Positions 50,372 to 63,560 of a DNA stretch of 64,000 nucleotides are shown here, in pieces. Origin of the DNA: Octopus sinensis (lineage: Eukaryota). The notes under the pieces were generated by a model. That model was not told the origin of the DNA, did not search any database, and saw only the letters and a list, made by a program, of their open reading frames with translations. The translations under genes were made by a program, and so were the position numbers. How positions within the stretch are numbered: the stretch's first letter is position 1; each line of letters begins with the position of its first letter. The stretch spans positions 81,654,001 through 81,718,000 of the forward strand of contig NC_042998.1 of NCBI RefSeq assembly GCF_006345805.1, read 5' to 3'.

Positions 50372-50954
50372 CTTCATTTCAGTCTCTCTCTCATTCTTAC
50401 CCTCTCTTACCCTCTCTTTCTCCGCCCCCTTTCGCTCCCGCTCTCTGCCTCTTTCTCTTTCGTTATTTATTCCTTACTTCCTTTCTCTTACGTATATACC
50501 GATTGAATCCCTCCTTGCATCATTCAATAATCTCACATAACCTCAAGTTGAAGCTTTCGCTTTCTTAGGCTTAGAGAGAGAGAGGGGGGCGGAAAGAGAG
50601 AGAGAGAGATAGACATTAAGACATTTATTCAAACTGTCATTTTATTTCTCATTTCTTTCTCTTTCCCCACTATTCTCCGCATTCTCTTTCCTCCTCTGTC
50701 ATTTCTCTTACTATATCTTTCACTATCCCCTCTCTGTACATACTTCCTTTCTATTTCTTTCTTTCTCAGTGTCGCTTTGCATCTTCTCACTTCTTCACAT
50801 ACATCTAATCTTCTCTCTCACTCACGTGCTTTCATTCTATCCATGACTCTGTTCCTATTCTCACTGCCTATCTGTCCCTTTCTCTGTCAATGAATATCTG
50901 TCTGTCAGTTTGTCTGTCTGTCAATCTATGTATGTATGTATGTATGTATGTATG

Positions 50955-51018
<64 letters not shown>

Positions 51019-51754
51019 AATCTATATATCTATCTATCTATCTATAGTTATTATCTGATTGTCTGTCTCGTCTGTCTATTTTCATTCAATGTCTTCCTTA
51101 TACTTAGTCTTGCTTTAATACATTAATACAGCCAACTGCCCAACTCGCTACTATATTTCCCTCTCCCGCTTTCACACGCTCACATAACTACACTAACATA
51201 CTTGTTCCATAATACGTACACCTATTACACACATCCATTCAGTTTATTTTCAACAGTGTATACCTCCATTACTGTTATTAAGAAATCTCTATCTCATTCA
51301 GTCTCAACTTACTTTATCCCTCACATCCTAACCCCATCTCTCTATCATTAAATGTATAACATTCTCATTCCTCTCCTTAGTTCTATTCAACTCAAATCAC
51401 AACATTTCTAAAGAAAACTTCGCAAGAGAGCCCCAAATTAAAATTATTCTTATTAAGCAAATCTTACAAATGAAGACGTAGTCAAAGGCTCAGAAATATT
51501 AAGAGATTATTTCGGAACAATGTCATTCCAAGTTCAGTCCTACATTACAGTACCACAGCGAATATCTCCTTTTATAGTTTCTGTTGTCTCAACGTATGCA
51601 AAGAAGATTTTATTCAAAGAAAAAAAATCTCATACCCGTCCTATTTATGATGTAACACAGTAGAATAACTATTTCCTAACACAAAATCTGCGATAATTTT
51701 CTACCAATTCCTCCTACATAGTTTTAGCAAATTTTGACACAAGGCTAGCAACTT

Positions 51755-51990
51755 TTTGAGGGGAGAGTGTTAGTCGATTTCATCAACTCACTACTCAATC
51801 GTTACTTATTTAATCGGCCTCGTTTGAATGAAAGGCAAAATTGTCCATGGCCGCATTCGAACTTAGAGCATAAAGAGCAGTAAAATGTACTGTTAAATAT
51901 TCTTAACTCAGAACGTTGAGACGGATAAGAGGCAGTTAAGTATTTTGTCAGATATAGTGATGATTCTGCCAGCACGTTGTCTTAAATAGT
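51755..51990 (-). mobile_element. Degenerate SINE family A
   Basis: tgaaaggcaaa.ttgtcc.tggccgcattcgaact...gattctgccagc. Confidence 0.6.
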
Positions 51991-53182
51991 ACTCAATTTT
52001 ATTCTCCATATTGTTGTCTATTTTACGGTGCCTAAAATGTCCGTCGTGCCGTGGTGAATATGTTATTTCATTCATAGCAACCAGTTAGCTAATTCTGTAT
52101 GATTCAAATTCAAGGAACGAAATCAATGTGGAAACCCCGTTTCCTGAATACGATCGATTACAGATGGAAAACACAAAAAGACTGTTATATTGTTTCTACG
52201 CCACAAAAACAATTTCAGAATATCATTGGTGGGAAATTGTGTCAGTAACCAGTTTTACGTCGCAACTTGTTGAAAGACTATTGCATGAAGAAATAGCTGT
52301 AATGCCAAAATATGTTTTTACCAATAAATAAACAGTTCGATTCATCCCCTATTTCATTGTTACACTTTTCATATATTATCACAAATCATGACTCTTTCAT
52401 ATATGCATTTTGTATATATATATATATATATATATTTGTAAAAAATGAAGTTCGAAAATGCTGCTGTATTATACAATTTTTAATTTTTATATATATACAT
52501 TATAACATGTTTCAGTTCCTGAAATGAACTTTATCAAAAAAAGTTATATATAAAAAAAGACAGCTCATGCCGTCAAACACAAGAAATTCATTTATAATAC
52601 ACAACGGAGTCAGACATCTTAGAGTTCATGTATAGTTGATATATAGTTCATGTATAGTTGATATATAGTTTGAAGTATATGTTCAAAGTGTTCGATGCAT
52701 ATATATACATATGTCCATGAATCAATCAATCTATCTATCAATCTATCTACCTATTTGTGAACTGTATTGTCCTGTCTATATTCTTCTAGTTATTGTTTTA
52801 TTGTTTATTCTTCTATATACTATTTTATTCCTTATAAACTGTGAATTTCTCCATCTAGATCTTTCATACACACTCACCTTGTCTCTGACGATAGAATACC
52901 CAGTCTACGGACATGCTAGCCTATCACTTAGGATATCGCAGAAACAGCTAACATGTAAGACTTTACATTCACCTTACCTTAATTAAATATTCTAAATGAC
53001 TCGAGATACCTGTCCTGCCTTGGTTTTTGTCGTACCTTTTCCTTTAATATAATACATACCTGCTGGAACCTAACGGATGACCAATTATAGCACTTCCTCA
53101 GCGTACCTATTCGTTTAGATCACCAGTGAAGTAAACCGCTCATATTCTCTCTGTCTCTCTATCTCAATCTATCTATCCATCC

Positions 53183-53282
<100 letters not shown>

Positions 53283-53301
53283 CTCTCTCTCTCTCTCTCT
53301 C

Positions 53302-53333
<32 letters not shown>

Positions 53334-53444
53334 GGTACCCTTATTTAATCAGAATTTGGAAATTTGTGGCCTTTGAAACATGTGTAGAATGTAATAAAAG
53401 GAATTCTGTACAATCTTCGTTCAACTCCATTTCTTCCATTCAAT

Positions 53445-53501
<57 letters not shown>

Positions 53502-53506
<5 letters not shown>

Positions 53507-53714
53507 TGGCCCAAAAGTAGGTTTATTGTTGTCACGTAGGCACTTTAAATATGTTTTAAAACATTTTATTACATTTAAATTTCTATATTACATTTAACTA
53601 AATTAGGATAGAACAATGGTTTCAGATTTTTTTTATAATTAAGACTTAAACTGTTAATATATGAGCGCGAAAGTGATAGTTGAACAAATGTAAACGTAAT
53701 TTTGGGCCACCCTG
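53502..53714. mobile_element. Tc1/mariner-type MITE
   Basis: Imperfect TIRs TCGGTTGGCCCAAAAGTA and TAATTTTGGGCCACCCTG, in a TA-rich target context. Confidence 0.6.
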
Positions 53715-53789
53715 CATATACATTGGTTTGGAAGCAAACTTTTACCAAACAGCCTGCAAATAATAAATGTTTCAATAATAAATGTAATC

Positions 53790-54352
53790 TATTACACAGA
53801 TCTCAGTACTCAACTGGTACATATTTCATCGACTCAGACAAGATGAAAGGTAAAATCGACCTTGGCGGAATTTGAACTCAGACCATAAAGACAGTCGAAA
53901 TGCTGTTAAGCGTTTAGCCCGGTATGTGAATGATACTTATTTCTTTATTGCCCACAAGAGGCTAAACACATAGGGGACAAACAAGAATAGACAAAGGCAT
54001 TAAGTCGATTACTTCGACCCCAGTGCGCAACTGGTACTCAATTTATCGACCCCGAAAGGATGAAAGGCAAAGTCAACATCGGCGTAATTTGAACTCAGAA
54101 CGTGGCGGCAGACGAAATACCTATTTCTTTACTACCCACAAAGGGGCTAAACACAGAGAGGACAAACAAAGACATACAAACGGATTAAGTCGATCATATC
54201 GACCCCAGTGCGTAGCTGGTACTTAATTTATCGACCCCGAAAGGATGAAAGGCAAAGTCGACCTCGGCGGAATTCGAACTGAGAACGTAACGGCAGACGA
54301 AATTCCGCTAAGCATTTTGCCCGGCGTGCAAAAGTTTCTGCCAGCTCGCCGC
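53790..54352 (-). mobile_element. Tandem cluster of three family A SINE copies
   Basis: Three collinear runs of ...gatgaaaggcaaagtcgacc.cggcggaatt.gaact.ag; junctions at ~53935 and ~54120. Confidence 0.9.
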
Positions 54353-54540
54353 CTAATCAAAGTCACTTATGAAGGATGAAGCATTAGTGCTAAAGAATAA
54401 TGAACGAAAATATAACGTAACAAACTGTCATGTGGAATTTAATGCTAAATATTTTATGCTGCAATGAAAAGAAGCAGCGGTTTGAACTTATGGAGTGATG
54501 ATAAAATATCAGTCATTTTTTTTATTATTTCTTAAATTTA

Positions 54541-54893
54541 TGGCACTTGCTCGGTTACGACGAGGAGGGTTCCAGTTGATCCGCTCGTGAAATTAACGTG
54601 CAAGTGGTTGAGACCTACACAGACATGAGTACCCTTAACGTAGTTATTGGGGAGATTCGGCGTGATACAGAGTGGGACAAGGCTGGCTCCTTTCAAAAAT
54701 ACAGGTACAACAGAAATAGGAAGAAAGAGTGAGAGAAAGTTGTGATGAAAGAGTACAGCAGGGTTCGCCACTACTCTCTGCCGGAGCTTCATGGAGCTTT
54801 AGGTGTTTTCGCTCACTAAACACTCACAAATCTCGGTCAGGGAATCGAAACCTCGAGTCCGCTGCCCTAACCACTGGGCCACTGCACCTCCAC
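54541..54893 (-). mobile_element. Full-length SINE family C
   Basis: Reverse complement of the 47806-48190 copy. Confidence 0.9.
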
Positions 54894-55259
54894 ATTTCCC
54901 AGTATATCTAGTATTCGTCTTTTAGAGTTTGGTAGGTGCTGACAGCGATGCTGCTTAATCCGAAATCATAACCCAGCCAACAGAGGCATTGTCAATTACA
55001 ATGTAAAGGTAGTTAACATATCTTTTTTTCAAACAATGTACATTACCAACATATGTAATTCTTTCTATAAGGCGACTGGGCGTGATATCTGAGAAATGTG
55101 GCAGCTGTTTCTGTCGAAATGCACGAGAAATTTAAAGACTACAAACCATTGACTTGAATCAGCGCATATAACTTCCTGTCTTCGTTTAATCTTCTGATAA
55201 AACGCACCTAGTTCAGCCTTCCAAATAACAGTATAATACACTCGAACCTAGACATAACA

Positions 55260-55261
<2 letters not shown>

Positions 55262-55337
<76 letters not shown>

Positions 55338-55405
55338 TATGTGTGTGTTTGTTTGTGCGTTTGTGTGTGTGTGTGTGTGTGTGTATTTGTGTGTGTATGT
55401 GTGCG
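55262..55405. repeat. (GT)n microsatellite
   Basis: Directly visible; explains the poly-HT/CV ORFs. Confidence 0.95.
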
Positions 55406-55489
55406 TGTTGAAACATATCGACTTGTCAACGAAAGAGAAAAAGAGTACTTGGTACATCATGTAAATGATATTATTTACAAGTTTCAACT

Positions 55490-55830
55490 TCATCATCAAC
55501 ATCATCATCAATATCTTCATTTGACGTCCGTTTTCTGTGCTGACCTGGCTGGCATGGCTTGACAGCAGCTGGCAAGGTCAGGAGTCACAACAGGTTTCAT
55601 AGTCTGTTTTGGATTGGTTTCCATAGCTGGATGTCGTTTCGCCAAAAACCATACAGAATGTCTTGGATGCTTTGAACGTGCACCCATCATCAGTGTTATT
55701 TACATGACGCCATCAAATCTTACGTAGCACAGTGGTTTTAGGATGTCAATCCTGTTGTGGAGGTAAGACCTTCTTGAGTACGAACCTTCTCGGTTCGCTG
55801 TCATCTTCTTCGTAAGGCTCGGCGTTTTAA
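55490..55830 (-). mobile_element. Degenerate RTE-tail SINE/LINE remnant ending in (CAT)n
   Basis: catcatcat...tttgacgtccgttttc..tgct...ttggtttc.atagctggatg; assignment is from recollection only. Confidence 0.4.
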
Positions 55831-56024
55831 ACATTATAATGTACGAAGTAAAACTTTTTTAAGCCTTCAGATATACTAAGCAAATATTTTTAATAAAGCC
55901 CCAGTTTCAAGCTAAAACCTAATCCCTTTTTATATTATTTTAATATTTAAAACCTAATCCAGTTTTATATTATTTAATATGTTTTGGAGTATCTTCCTTT
56001 GTTCTTAATATTCCTATCGAGTGA

Positions 56025-58130
56025 TTATTACCTTCGCCTTAGTGAAGATAGAGGTATTGTTTCCAGTCGTGCTTGTTTGTTTGTCCGTGGACAGGATATC
56101 TCAAGAACCGCCGGATGGATTCGGATGAAACTTTTAAGGATGTTTGGCCTTTTGACTGGCACGAGCTGATTAGATTTTGGGATCGATCCGGTACCGGACA
56201 AAGATCCTGGATTATTTTTCCGCTCTTCTTACTTAATTTTTAAGTGCGGTCGTGTTTCAATGAAAAATTTACTATTCTCGTTTGTGAGAGCAGTCGAGCT
56301 TATTTCAGATATTCTCATTTTAAAAATCATCTCTCGCTAATCGTTGTGAGGGCTTTGATGTCGCCTCAGATTGTTAGTAAGTTTATTTTAACGGTATTTT
56401 TCAGTGTTAACATGTGTAATTTTTGTGCTGAAGCTTTGTGCTGAATTTTGTGTTAGTGTTCTTTGGAACACTTTTGTGAACTGTTTTTTCTGCTTTGTGG
56501 AAGCTTGTTTGTGCTTTCTCTCCTCTTATGTGGAGATTTAGCCCAATGGGAAAAAGTAAAACGTGTTCTCTTCAGATCTCAGCTGTTCTGAGTTGTTTTC
56601 TTCCGAAGACGAATTATTGCAAGCCATTGGAAGAATAGACGACAAAATGAAGGAAGACCGAAAGTTCACAGATGTGGCAAGACGCCAAGGTAAAAAAGGA
56701 GACAAGGGAAAAATGCTAACTGTAAGAAAAGGATGAATAAGGACGGTTCTAATGTGGAATTGTCATCCCACCCCGCAAGAAACATTGAAAGACTTAGGAG
56801 AAAGAACAATATCGTACAAAATATATTCGATAAAAGCAGGCAAAATTGATATTGTTACTACGCGGCAAGTTGAGAAAGCATTGAGGCCAATTTCGCAAGA
56901 CATTGTATACATTGCAAGAAGATAAAAATTCGGAATAGTAGAAGCAAGGTTCAAAAACAAGAAAATTGCTAAGAAGTATGCAGCGAGGACTATCAGGGAT
57001 GAATACTTAGTGCTTCTACCCAGTTACCTGGGAAGTCGTGCGTCAAGAGTTAGAGTTGAAGGAATTCCACCAGAGATAGATGTGGCCTGGTTTGTAGCCG
57101 CTGTGCTCTTAGAAAAGGAGGTTCTCCAGGCCACAGAAACGCATAGCGAAATAAGGAGAGGACAAACGCTTGAGATGACAATCCAAGCCTCAGCGGATGT
57201 CCTGGAAAATATTATAGAGACGATCACGTTGGACGAAGTAGTAATGAGAGTGAGGGCTGAGGGCAGAATCCCTTGATTCTTTAAATGCGGCCTAAAGGCT
57301 CACATTAGAGCGGACTGCCCTTCGACAAATAAGAGGACCCAGGAGGAACCCAGGGAGGAACCGTCGAGAGAAGAGGATACTTTGCCATTTGCAACAGTGA
57401 AGGAAGGTGAGGAAGGTGAGGCGTGGAAGACAGTGGAAAAGAAAAACCAGAGGAAGAGAAAGAGGGAAAGTGATACAGACTTAAAACCCCAACCCAAAAC
57501 TTTTCAGCCCCACCCTCCCCTTACAGACTCAAAACCTACCCACTCCACTCTGACACAAAAAACAAATAAAAAAGAAAACACCTTACACACATAAGCCCCC
57601 AAACTTCCCCTCCTCCGGCTAAGGAAAAAGTTGCTTTGCAATTATGTGTGATGATCCAAACCCCCAAAAAATGAACTCTGAAGTAACGTCATGGGAAGTC
57701 TTAGAGGTGGTAAATACGCATGAGTATGATAATGTGAAGGGGTGGCATATGTGTTTGTTGTTATGTGGGAACAAAGGGCAAGGGTAGAAAATTTTAAATA
57801 TTGATTCACTTTTTGGAGGGTAAACGTTGACAGGGATGAATTACCGGTGGCTGTGGATTACATAGACCAAGCGGACATACTTGAGGGAACAAAGTTCAAA
57901 GAAAGAAAGGTATAAATGAAGCTGCTCGGAGGTGGAGCCGAGTAGCTTCATTACATTTTTTTCATTTTCATTCGTCATTGCATGTTTTTCATACGTTGTC
58001 CTTTTTTCTCCCCCTGTTTTATGTCCCCACGTGTAATGTATTGTCCCCTCTATGTTTACTCCTTGTGGAGAATAAAATATTAAGGACGTTGGTGTTACCT
58101 TGGTGGAGGTTTACGCTCTTTCAGTGCTCT
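56025..58130 (+). mobile_element. Helentron/DINE-1-like non-autonomous element split by an insertion (5' part 56025-56350, 3' part 58082-58130)
   Basis: 5' TTATTACCTTCGCCTTAG sub-TIR, (GTTT)n core and GGATTCGGATGAAACTT block. The 3' CCTTGGTGGAGGT inverse sub-TIR plus terminal stem-loop lies 1.7 kb downstream. Confidence 0.65.
56351..58081 (+). mobile_element. ORF1-only L1/Tx1-like element (half-L1-like), ORF1 pseudogene
   Basis: T-rich leader, ATG at 56546. One long frame with scattered stops: ...RASRVRVEGIPPEI...VRAEGRIP*FFKCGLKAHIRADCP (CCHC knuckle remnant)...AWKTVEKKNQRKRKR...; ends ~57915. 15-bp stem hairpin at 57915-57952 and AATAAA at ~58070. No APE/RT motifs seen. Confidence 0.7.
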
Positions 58131-58179
58131 TATTTATATTATTATTATTTTGTAATTACATGTTCCTTAAATTTTTCCT

Positions 58180-58800
58180 AATTTTTTGCTTTAGTGTTCG
58201 TGTTTGAATGTTGCTGCATCATGCTTCTAAATATGTTGACTATGCTTTTTTGGCTAATTCACCAAATCGTTTTTCATTATATATTTTCATTAGGTGGGTT
58301 TCCTATTGTTTAGCAATGTTTGGTTTTGTAGCTTTGATATGAATGTATATAGAGATGCAGTCTCCGTTCTCTTTCTGACACCATGTTTTCCTTGTTTAGG
58401 TTCATCTATTTTATATCCTGATTACTTTCGTTTCACCTATAAACTTTTTTCCGAATTTGTTTCTATTTTTAACTATAATTCATTTATTGCTTTTGCAATC
58501 TTTTTACTTCCTGTTTGTCTCACTTCGGTTCGTGTATTAACGTTCTGTGTAGGTGTATTTCATGTTGATTGAAATGTTTGTGTGAAATTATGTCTTATTT
58601 TGTTATCGTTCAGTGACTTCAAGTTACAGTTGGAAGATTCCGTAGCTTGTAAATATTTTAAATGCTCGTCTTTGTGTTTTTGTTATTATTTGTGATTAGC
58701 CAAAACTTCAAAGTAACCGTTACGAAAACAAAGTATATATGCTCCTCTCCTGATACGTTCTGGATACTCTTTCAATTTACTCTGTTGCTCTTTTGTAAAT
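58180..58800 (-). mobile_element. Possible highly decayed PLE C-terminal remnant
   Basis: Only a KKFIGETK (GIY-YIG second-motif-like) fragment, plus strand-biased T-rich composition. Confidence 0.25.
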
Positions 58801-59177
58801 ATGACTATACATAATAATAAACAGAATTAGTTACTATAAATTTCCCAATACTTACTTAACCAAACATTTGTTACTTTAGGTAATTAATGTGTATCTATAA
58901 TTCGTATATGGTTTTCAGTTTGATAGCATTTAGGAATACAAACTTCGCTGTCCTGATTGTCTTTTCTTTCCATGGGTTACTTAATAAGCTTCTGTTCCAT
59001 TAGTATGTGTATTAGTATGGCTCCTCTTCTGTTTGGAGGCGATGCGAAACGACCAGGAATATCAACCAATGAAACTTTGACTAAAAACGAAATGCAAAAC
59101 AGCTGGAGAAAAAAGTCCTTTATATATATATATATTATATATATATTATATATATATATAATATATATATATATAAT

Positions 59178-59221
<44 letters not shown>

Positions 59222-59229
<8 letters not shown>

Positions 59230-59486
59230 CAACAATTGAGGGCAAAATTAATTAATTATTAATCAATTTCACCAAGTGTTCAGTATGCAAAGGGACCATT
59301 CAAGGCGAATTCAAATTATTACATTATATAAAAGGGCTTAGTAAAATAAATTACTTTGCCGCATACTGAACTCATTTTATATAATGTAATAATTTGAATT
59401 CGCCTTGAATGGTCCCTTTGCATACTGAACACTTGGTGAAATTGATTAATAATTAATTAATTTTGCCCTCAATTGTTGAAATTATA
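59222..59486. repeat. Perfect 112-bp inverted repeat with a 41-nt loop
   Basis: 59222-59333 is the exact reverse complement of 59375-59486. 59323-59374 recurs as an exact reverse complement at 59877-59928. Confidence 0.95.
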
Positions 59487-59945
59487 ATTAATCTCCCTCT
59501 GATTAATGCTTCGGATTTTACCGAAATAAGCATAGTGTTTGATGATTTTAACCCACGCTGGTGGAAAGGGGAGAACAGAGATTCTTCGCTTGCTTATTTG
59601 AATTTGTTGGCACTGTTAGTTACGAGCAGATCTTCGAAGGGTATGTTCTTATTTTCAGTGTTTCCAAATCCAAACCAAGGAATTTCTGAGCTGAGATAGA
59701 AGTGTTGTTTTGACTAATCTTGAAACGTACGTTCTCAAATAACCTTAGCATTTGATTTTTCGATGTCCTTACCCCCAAACTTTTGTGAGTTGAATTAAGC
59801 AAACACTATATATGAGAGAGATTTTCTTTAAGTATTAGAAATAGCTTTAAAAAAGTGTTTTAGCTGCTATTTCTAATGAGTTCAGTATGCGGCAAAGTAA
59901 TTTATTTTACTAAGCCCTTTTATATAATATATATATATATATATA

Positions 59946-60135
59946 CAGTAGAACCTCGGTTTTCAAACAACACTGATCACGAATAAATCGTGCTTTATCT
60001 CTTGTCTTTCTCATATTCATTTAATACTGTATTAACTCGGTTTATGAACGCCTCTGTCACGAATAAATCGTACTTTGTATGTATAAATTACGATTTATTC
60101 GCGATCAGAGTTGTTCGAAAACCGAGTTACGACTG
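59946..60135. mobile_element. pogo/Tigger-type MITE
   Basis: TA|CAGTAGAACCTCGGTTTTC...GAAAACCGAGTTACGACTG|TA; the imperfect TIRs extend ~45 bp. Confidence 0.85.
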
Positions 60136-60234
60136 TATATACATGATAATGAAAATTTCAGTTTTCACAGTTTTAATAATTTCAAGTCTTAATGCTGTCA
60201 CTCAGCAGATTTTATGATCATTCTTTCATCTTTA

Positions 60235-60450
60235 GCTGCTGTTAAAATCAGCAACGCATTGGTAACACGGGCAAAATTCTTAGCGGCATTCCTTCTGTCT
60301 TCACAGTTTCTGTTCAAATTCCGTCCAAGTAAACTTAGCCTCTTATCCTTTTGGGGTGGATAAAATAAATACTAGTTGAAGTATGGGAGTCAATTTAATT
60401 GACACATCCCACTTCACGAAATTACTGATCTTATGCCAACATTTGAGATC
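60235..60450 (+). mobile_element. Degenerate SINE family A
   Basis: cgggcaaaattcttagcggcatt...gttcaaattccg.cc.ag. Confidence 0.65.
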
Positions 60451-63339
60451 AATATAATAATTCCTAATCATTTACTTTACTGCGATGCATCAGATAATTA
60501 ATTTCTTGTTATATCTTTGCATAAATTCTGCTTATATTTGCTTTTAATTTCTTCCACCCTCTAGTCTCTAATATAGCTTTACTTTGACTTGTTAATGTTG
60601 TGTTTCCGGTGAGTCTATTTCATACATATCAAACACAGCTCATTAAAATCAAAGATGCTGCATTTTATTGTTATCGTACTCAACATAATAATACATCCGA
60701 ATTATTTTGCTGACTCCAAATGTCTTTCCATTCATTTTTCCTCCACTAATTTTCGTTTCTTTTATACTGACAGTGGACTGGCTAATATGGTTTTGCTGAA
60801 ACCTAAGTGTCCATATGTTTGCATTATAAAGTCATGGTCCGTATTTCAAGCAAACAGAATTAATTGGAGAGTAATTGTCTTCTAGCAGAAATCCCTTTAT
60901 AATTGTTATCCAGCAGCTTATTTTTATTGGCGCCAGTAAGCACTTTTTACTATCGACACACTGGTTTTCTTTTAAGACATCCTCAACAATTTTCCTCAGG
61001 TGTGATTTAAACAAGGCATAAACGACTTCTTTATATTTTGATTTTGCTAATGCTATCTTAGTTTCACATTTGGAGACAAACTAGGTTGGCACCAACATTT
61101 TTTTTCCTGATTTGACGTCTAGATATCTTTTAATCATTAGGCTGCTGCCATATTGAGACACTTTAGTCAAACAAAACCACAGCAGTATTTATTTTAAATC
61201 TGATATTTATTGTATTCCCGCAGCTAACGTCTACAAACCTCAATCACAAAACAATGGCCTTACAAGAAAACACTCCCCCAAGATGCAATTGAGTGGCACT
61301 GACGTAGAAACCATGCAGCTGTAACATGAATTTCCTCCCTTACAGTCATTATTGCGCCTTTATGAAGATATGCTCAAGTAAAATAGTCTTTGTTGTATGG
61401 TAACTTCATTTTATAGTTTGCGTTTTTTGTATTTTGTGACTTCTTTTGATATCTCTGCAGTTGTTCTTCTAATTGACTGTTATGTGTTTAGATGTAGTTC
61501 ACGAGTATTTTCTGCTTTTTATATTTAGATATTAAATTGAAAATGCTCACAATTTATTATAATCTTTTAGAAGAGAAAGAGAACATAAATGAGTAGTCGA
61601 GAAGTTCGATTCAAGACAATTAAGTATCGTGTTCAATCCAGCATTGTGCCATATATCTTATCAAAGTATCAGGACCTGCGACGCTTTGTGAATAAAATTC
61701 GGTTAACAGAAAAATGTGCGTAAGCCCACTCGATAAATGGTGTCAGAGCCAGCTTTGTCAGATTCTCTCTGGGGTTATGTTAATAGTAGATGTGTATTTT
61801 GAATACCCGGTCATTTGCATGCTAATACATTGGGAATGATGTTGTGTAAGACTGTTTATTGATGGCATTATACGTAATTTTTTACCCATAATGATATTAC
61901 ACTATAAAGTAACGGTCATCCGTCATCTTTCCCATTCATTTATCTTTAATTTCACAAACATACATCCATCTCATCAGTGAAAATAGTGCCATTTTCTATG
62001 GATGCAAATGGTTTTCTTGAATATGAATTTTCAAAGAAACATATCACCGTGTCGAATTCCTTGTTAAGCTTGCAAGCATTTTTTTCAGCAAACTTTAGAA
62101 AAACAGTTTATGTAGCGAATCATTCTATTTCTGTTTGAACGTTTCCATAAATTCTGCCTCTTCGTCAACATACACAAGAGTATTTTTCTTTTCAGCCTTC
62201 GAAATAAATTTACATACTACAATCTGCTTTGAGCCAGCCTTGATTTCCCTGTCAATAATATGAAAATGGGTGTACTTAAAATAACTCACCTTATACAGAA
62301 TCTTGCTCCATCTGCGTAATAGAAGTAATCATTTTGATATTTCCTACCGTGACATATCACTATTCACCCGAATTTAGTTTTCTCTTAGTTTTTCTTTCCT
62401 TTTTATTCATAGTGGCAGCCGGTTGCAATCAATTGTTAGCAGCATATTTTTACTTACAATAGAACCAGAACTATAATCTAATGTGATTATTTAGTGACAT
62501 GAATTCGTGTCCTTAAATTTCTCCCTTTATTAAAATTTTTCTTCAATCGTTTCTATACCAATTCAAGAATATGAATTTACTACGTATAAAGTATCAAACA
62601 TTATAACATTAAAAAAAAAATAACATAGTGAACAAATGGCAACACCCTCACAAGACTCACACTCATGACAGTTAGCGCCTGATGGGTGTCTTCTGAATAC
62701 TTACAACTTTGAGAATATATTCTTAATGTTGTAAATTTGCAGCTGCCCGAAGTGAACGACTTACGATAAACATATCCAGCTCATTGCTGCACAAAATTAT
62801 GGGCATTTGGCATTACTTTTGCTACATGCTATTTGTATTGTTTTGAAACTGATGTCAGGAATGTTATGTACACATTGGTCTCTTTGTATGCTAAATTCTC
62901 ATAGAATGTTCACGTTGTTATTTTTAAAGACTGGTAACACTTTATGTGCATAACACAGGAAGCTACTGAAATTTGGTGGCTATGCATATGTAGATCACCT
63001 ATGCAACCTTACTGTGAATCGAAGTATATTTTTTGGGAGGCAGTGTTGCAGATACAACGTTGTGTATTTTATCAGTTCTGTGCTCCACAGATGACAGCTG
63101 TCATTGGTATTGAAGGGCTAATGCATATTTCATTCAATATAAACTTGAAGTTGATTATCTGCTCTAGTAGCGCTATTGATGATATTTCAGCTGTTTCATT
63201 CCTGTTGGTTTTATTCACCCTGACTAGAGTTTTAGAATTTATATACAACCAACTCGACGAAGAACTGGTCATATGTAAATAATAGGCTTTATCTTGTTTA
63301 ACACGGTTAACCTATATGTCACCAGTATGTTCATTTTCC

Positions 63340-63560
63340 TTGTTATTCTTTTACTTGCTTCAGTCATTTCTTAAAGAGATTTTTTTAGTGGAAGAAATCG
63401 AACCCAGGACTTATCTTTTATAAGCCTAGCACGTATTCTATCAGTCCCCTTTGCCGACGTAAACACATCAACATCGGTTGTGAAGCGATAGTGAGGGGAC
63501 AAACACAGACGCAAAGGCGCGAACACACGTACACACAAATATGTGCGTATGTGTGTGTTT
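63340..63560 (-). mobile_element. SINE family B, 3' part
   Basis: cccaggactta.cttt.taagcctag.ac.tattctatc...gacgtaaacaca.caacatcggttgt.aagcgat. Confidence 0.8.

Noticed and set aside
52623-52670. 22-bp tandem duplication (and a ~35-bp one at 55914-55982)
   Set aside because: Ordinary slippage duplications with two units and no spacers; not CRISPR-like.
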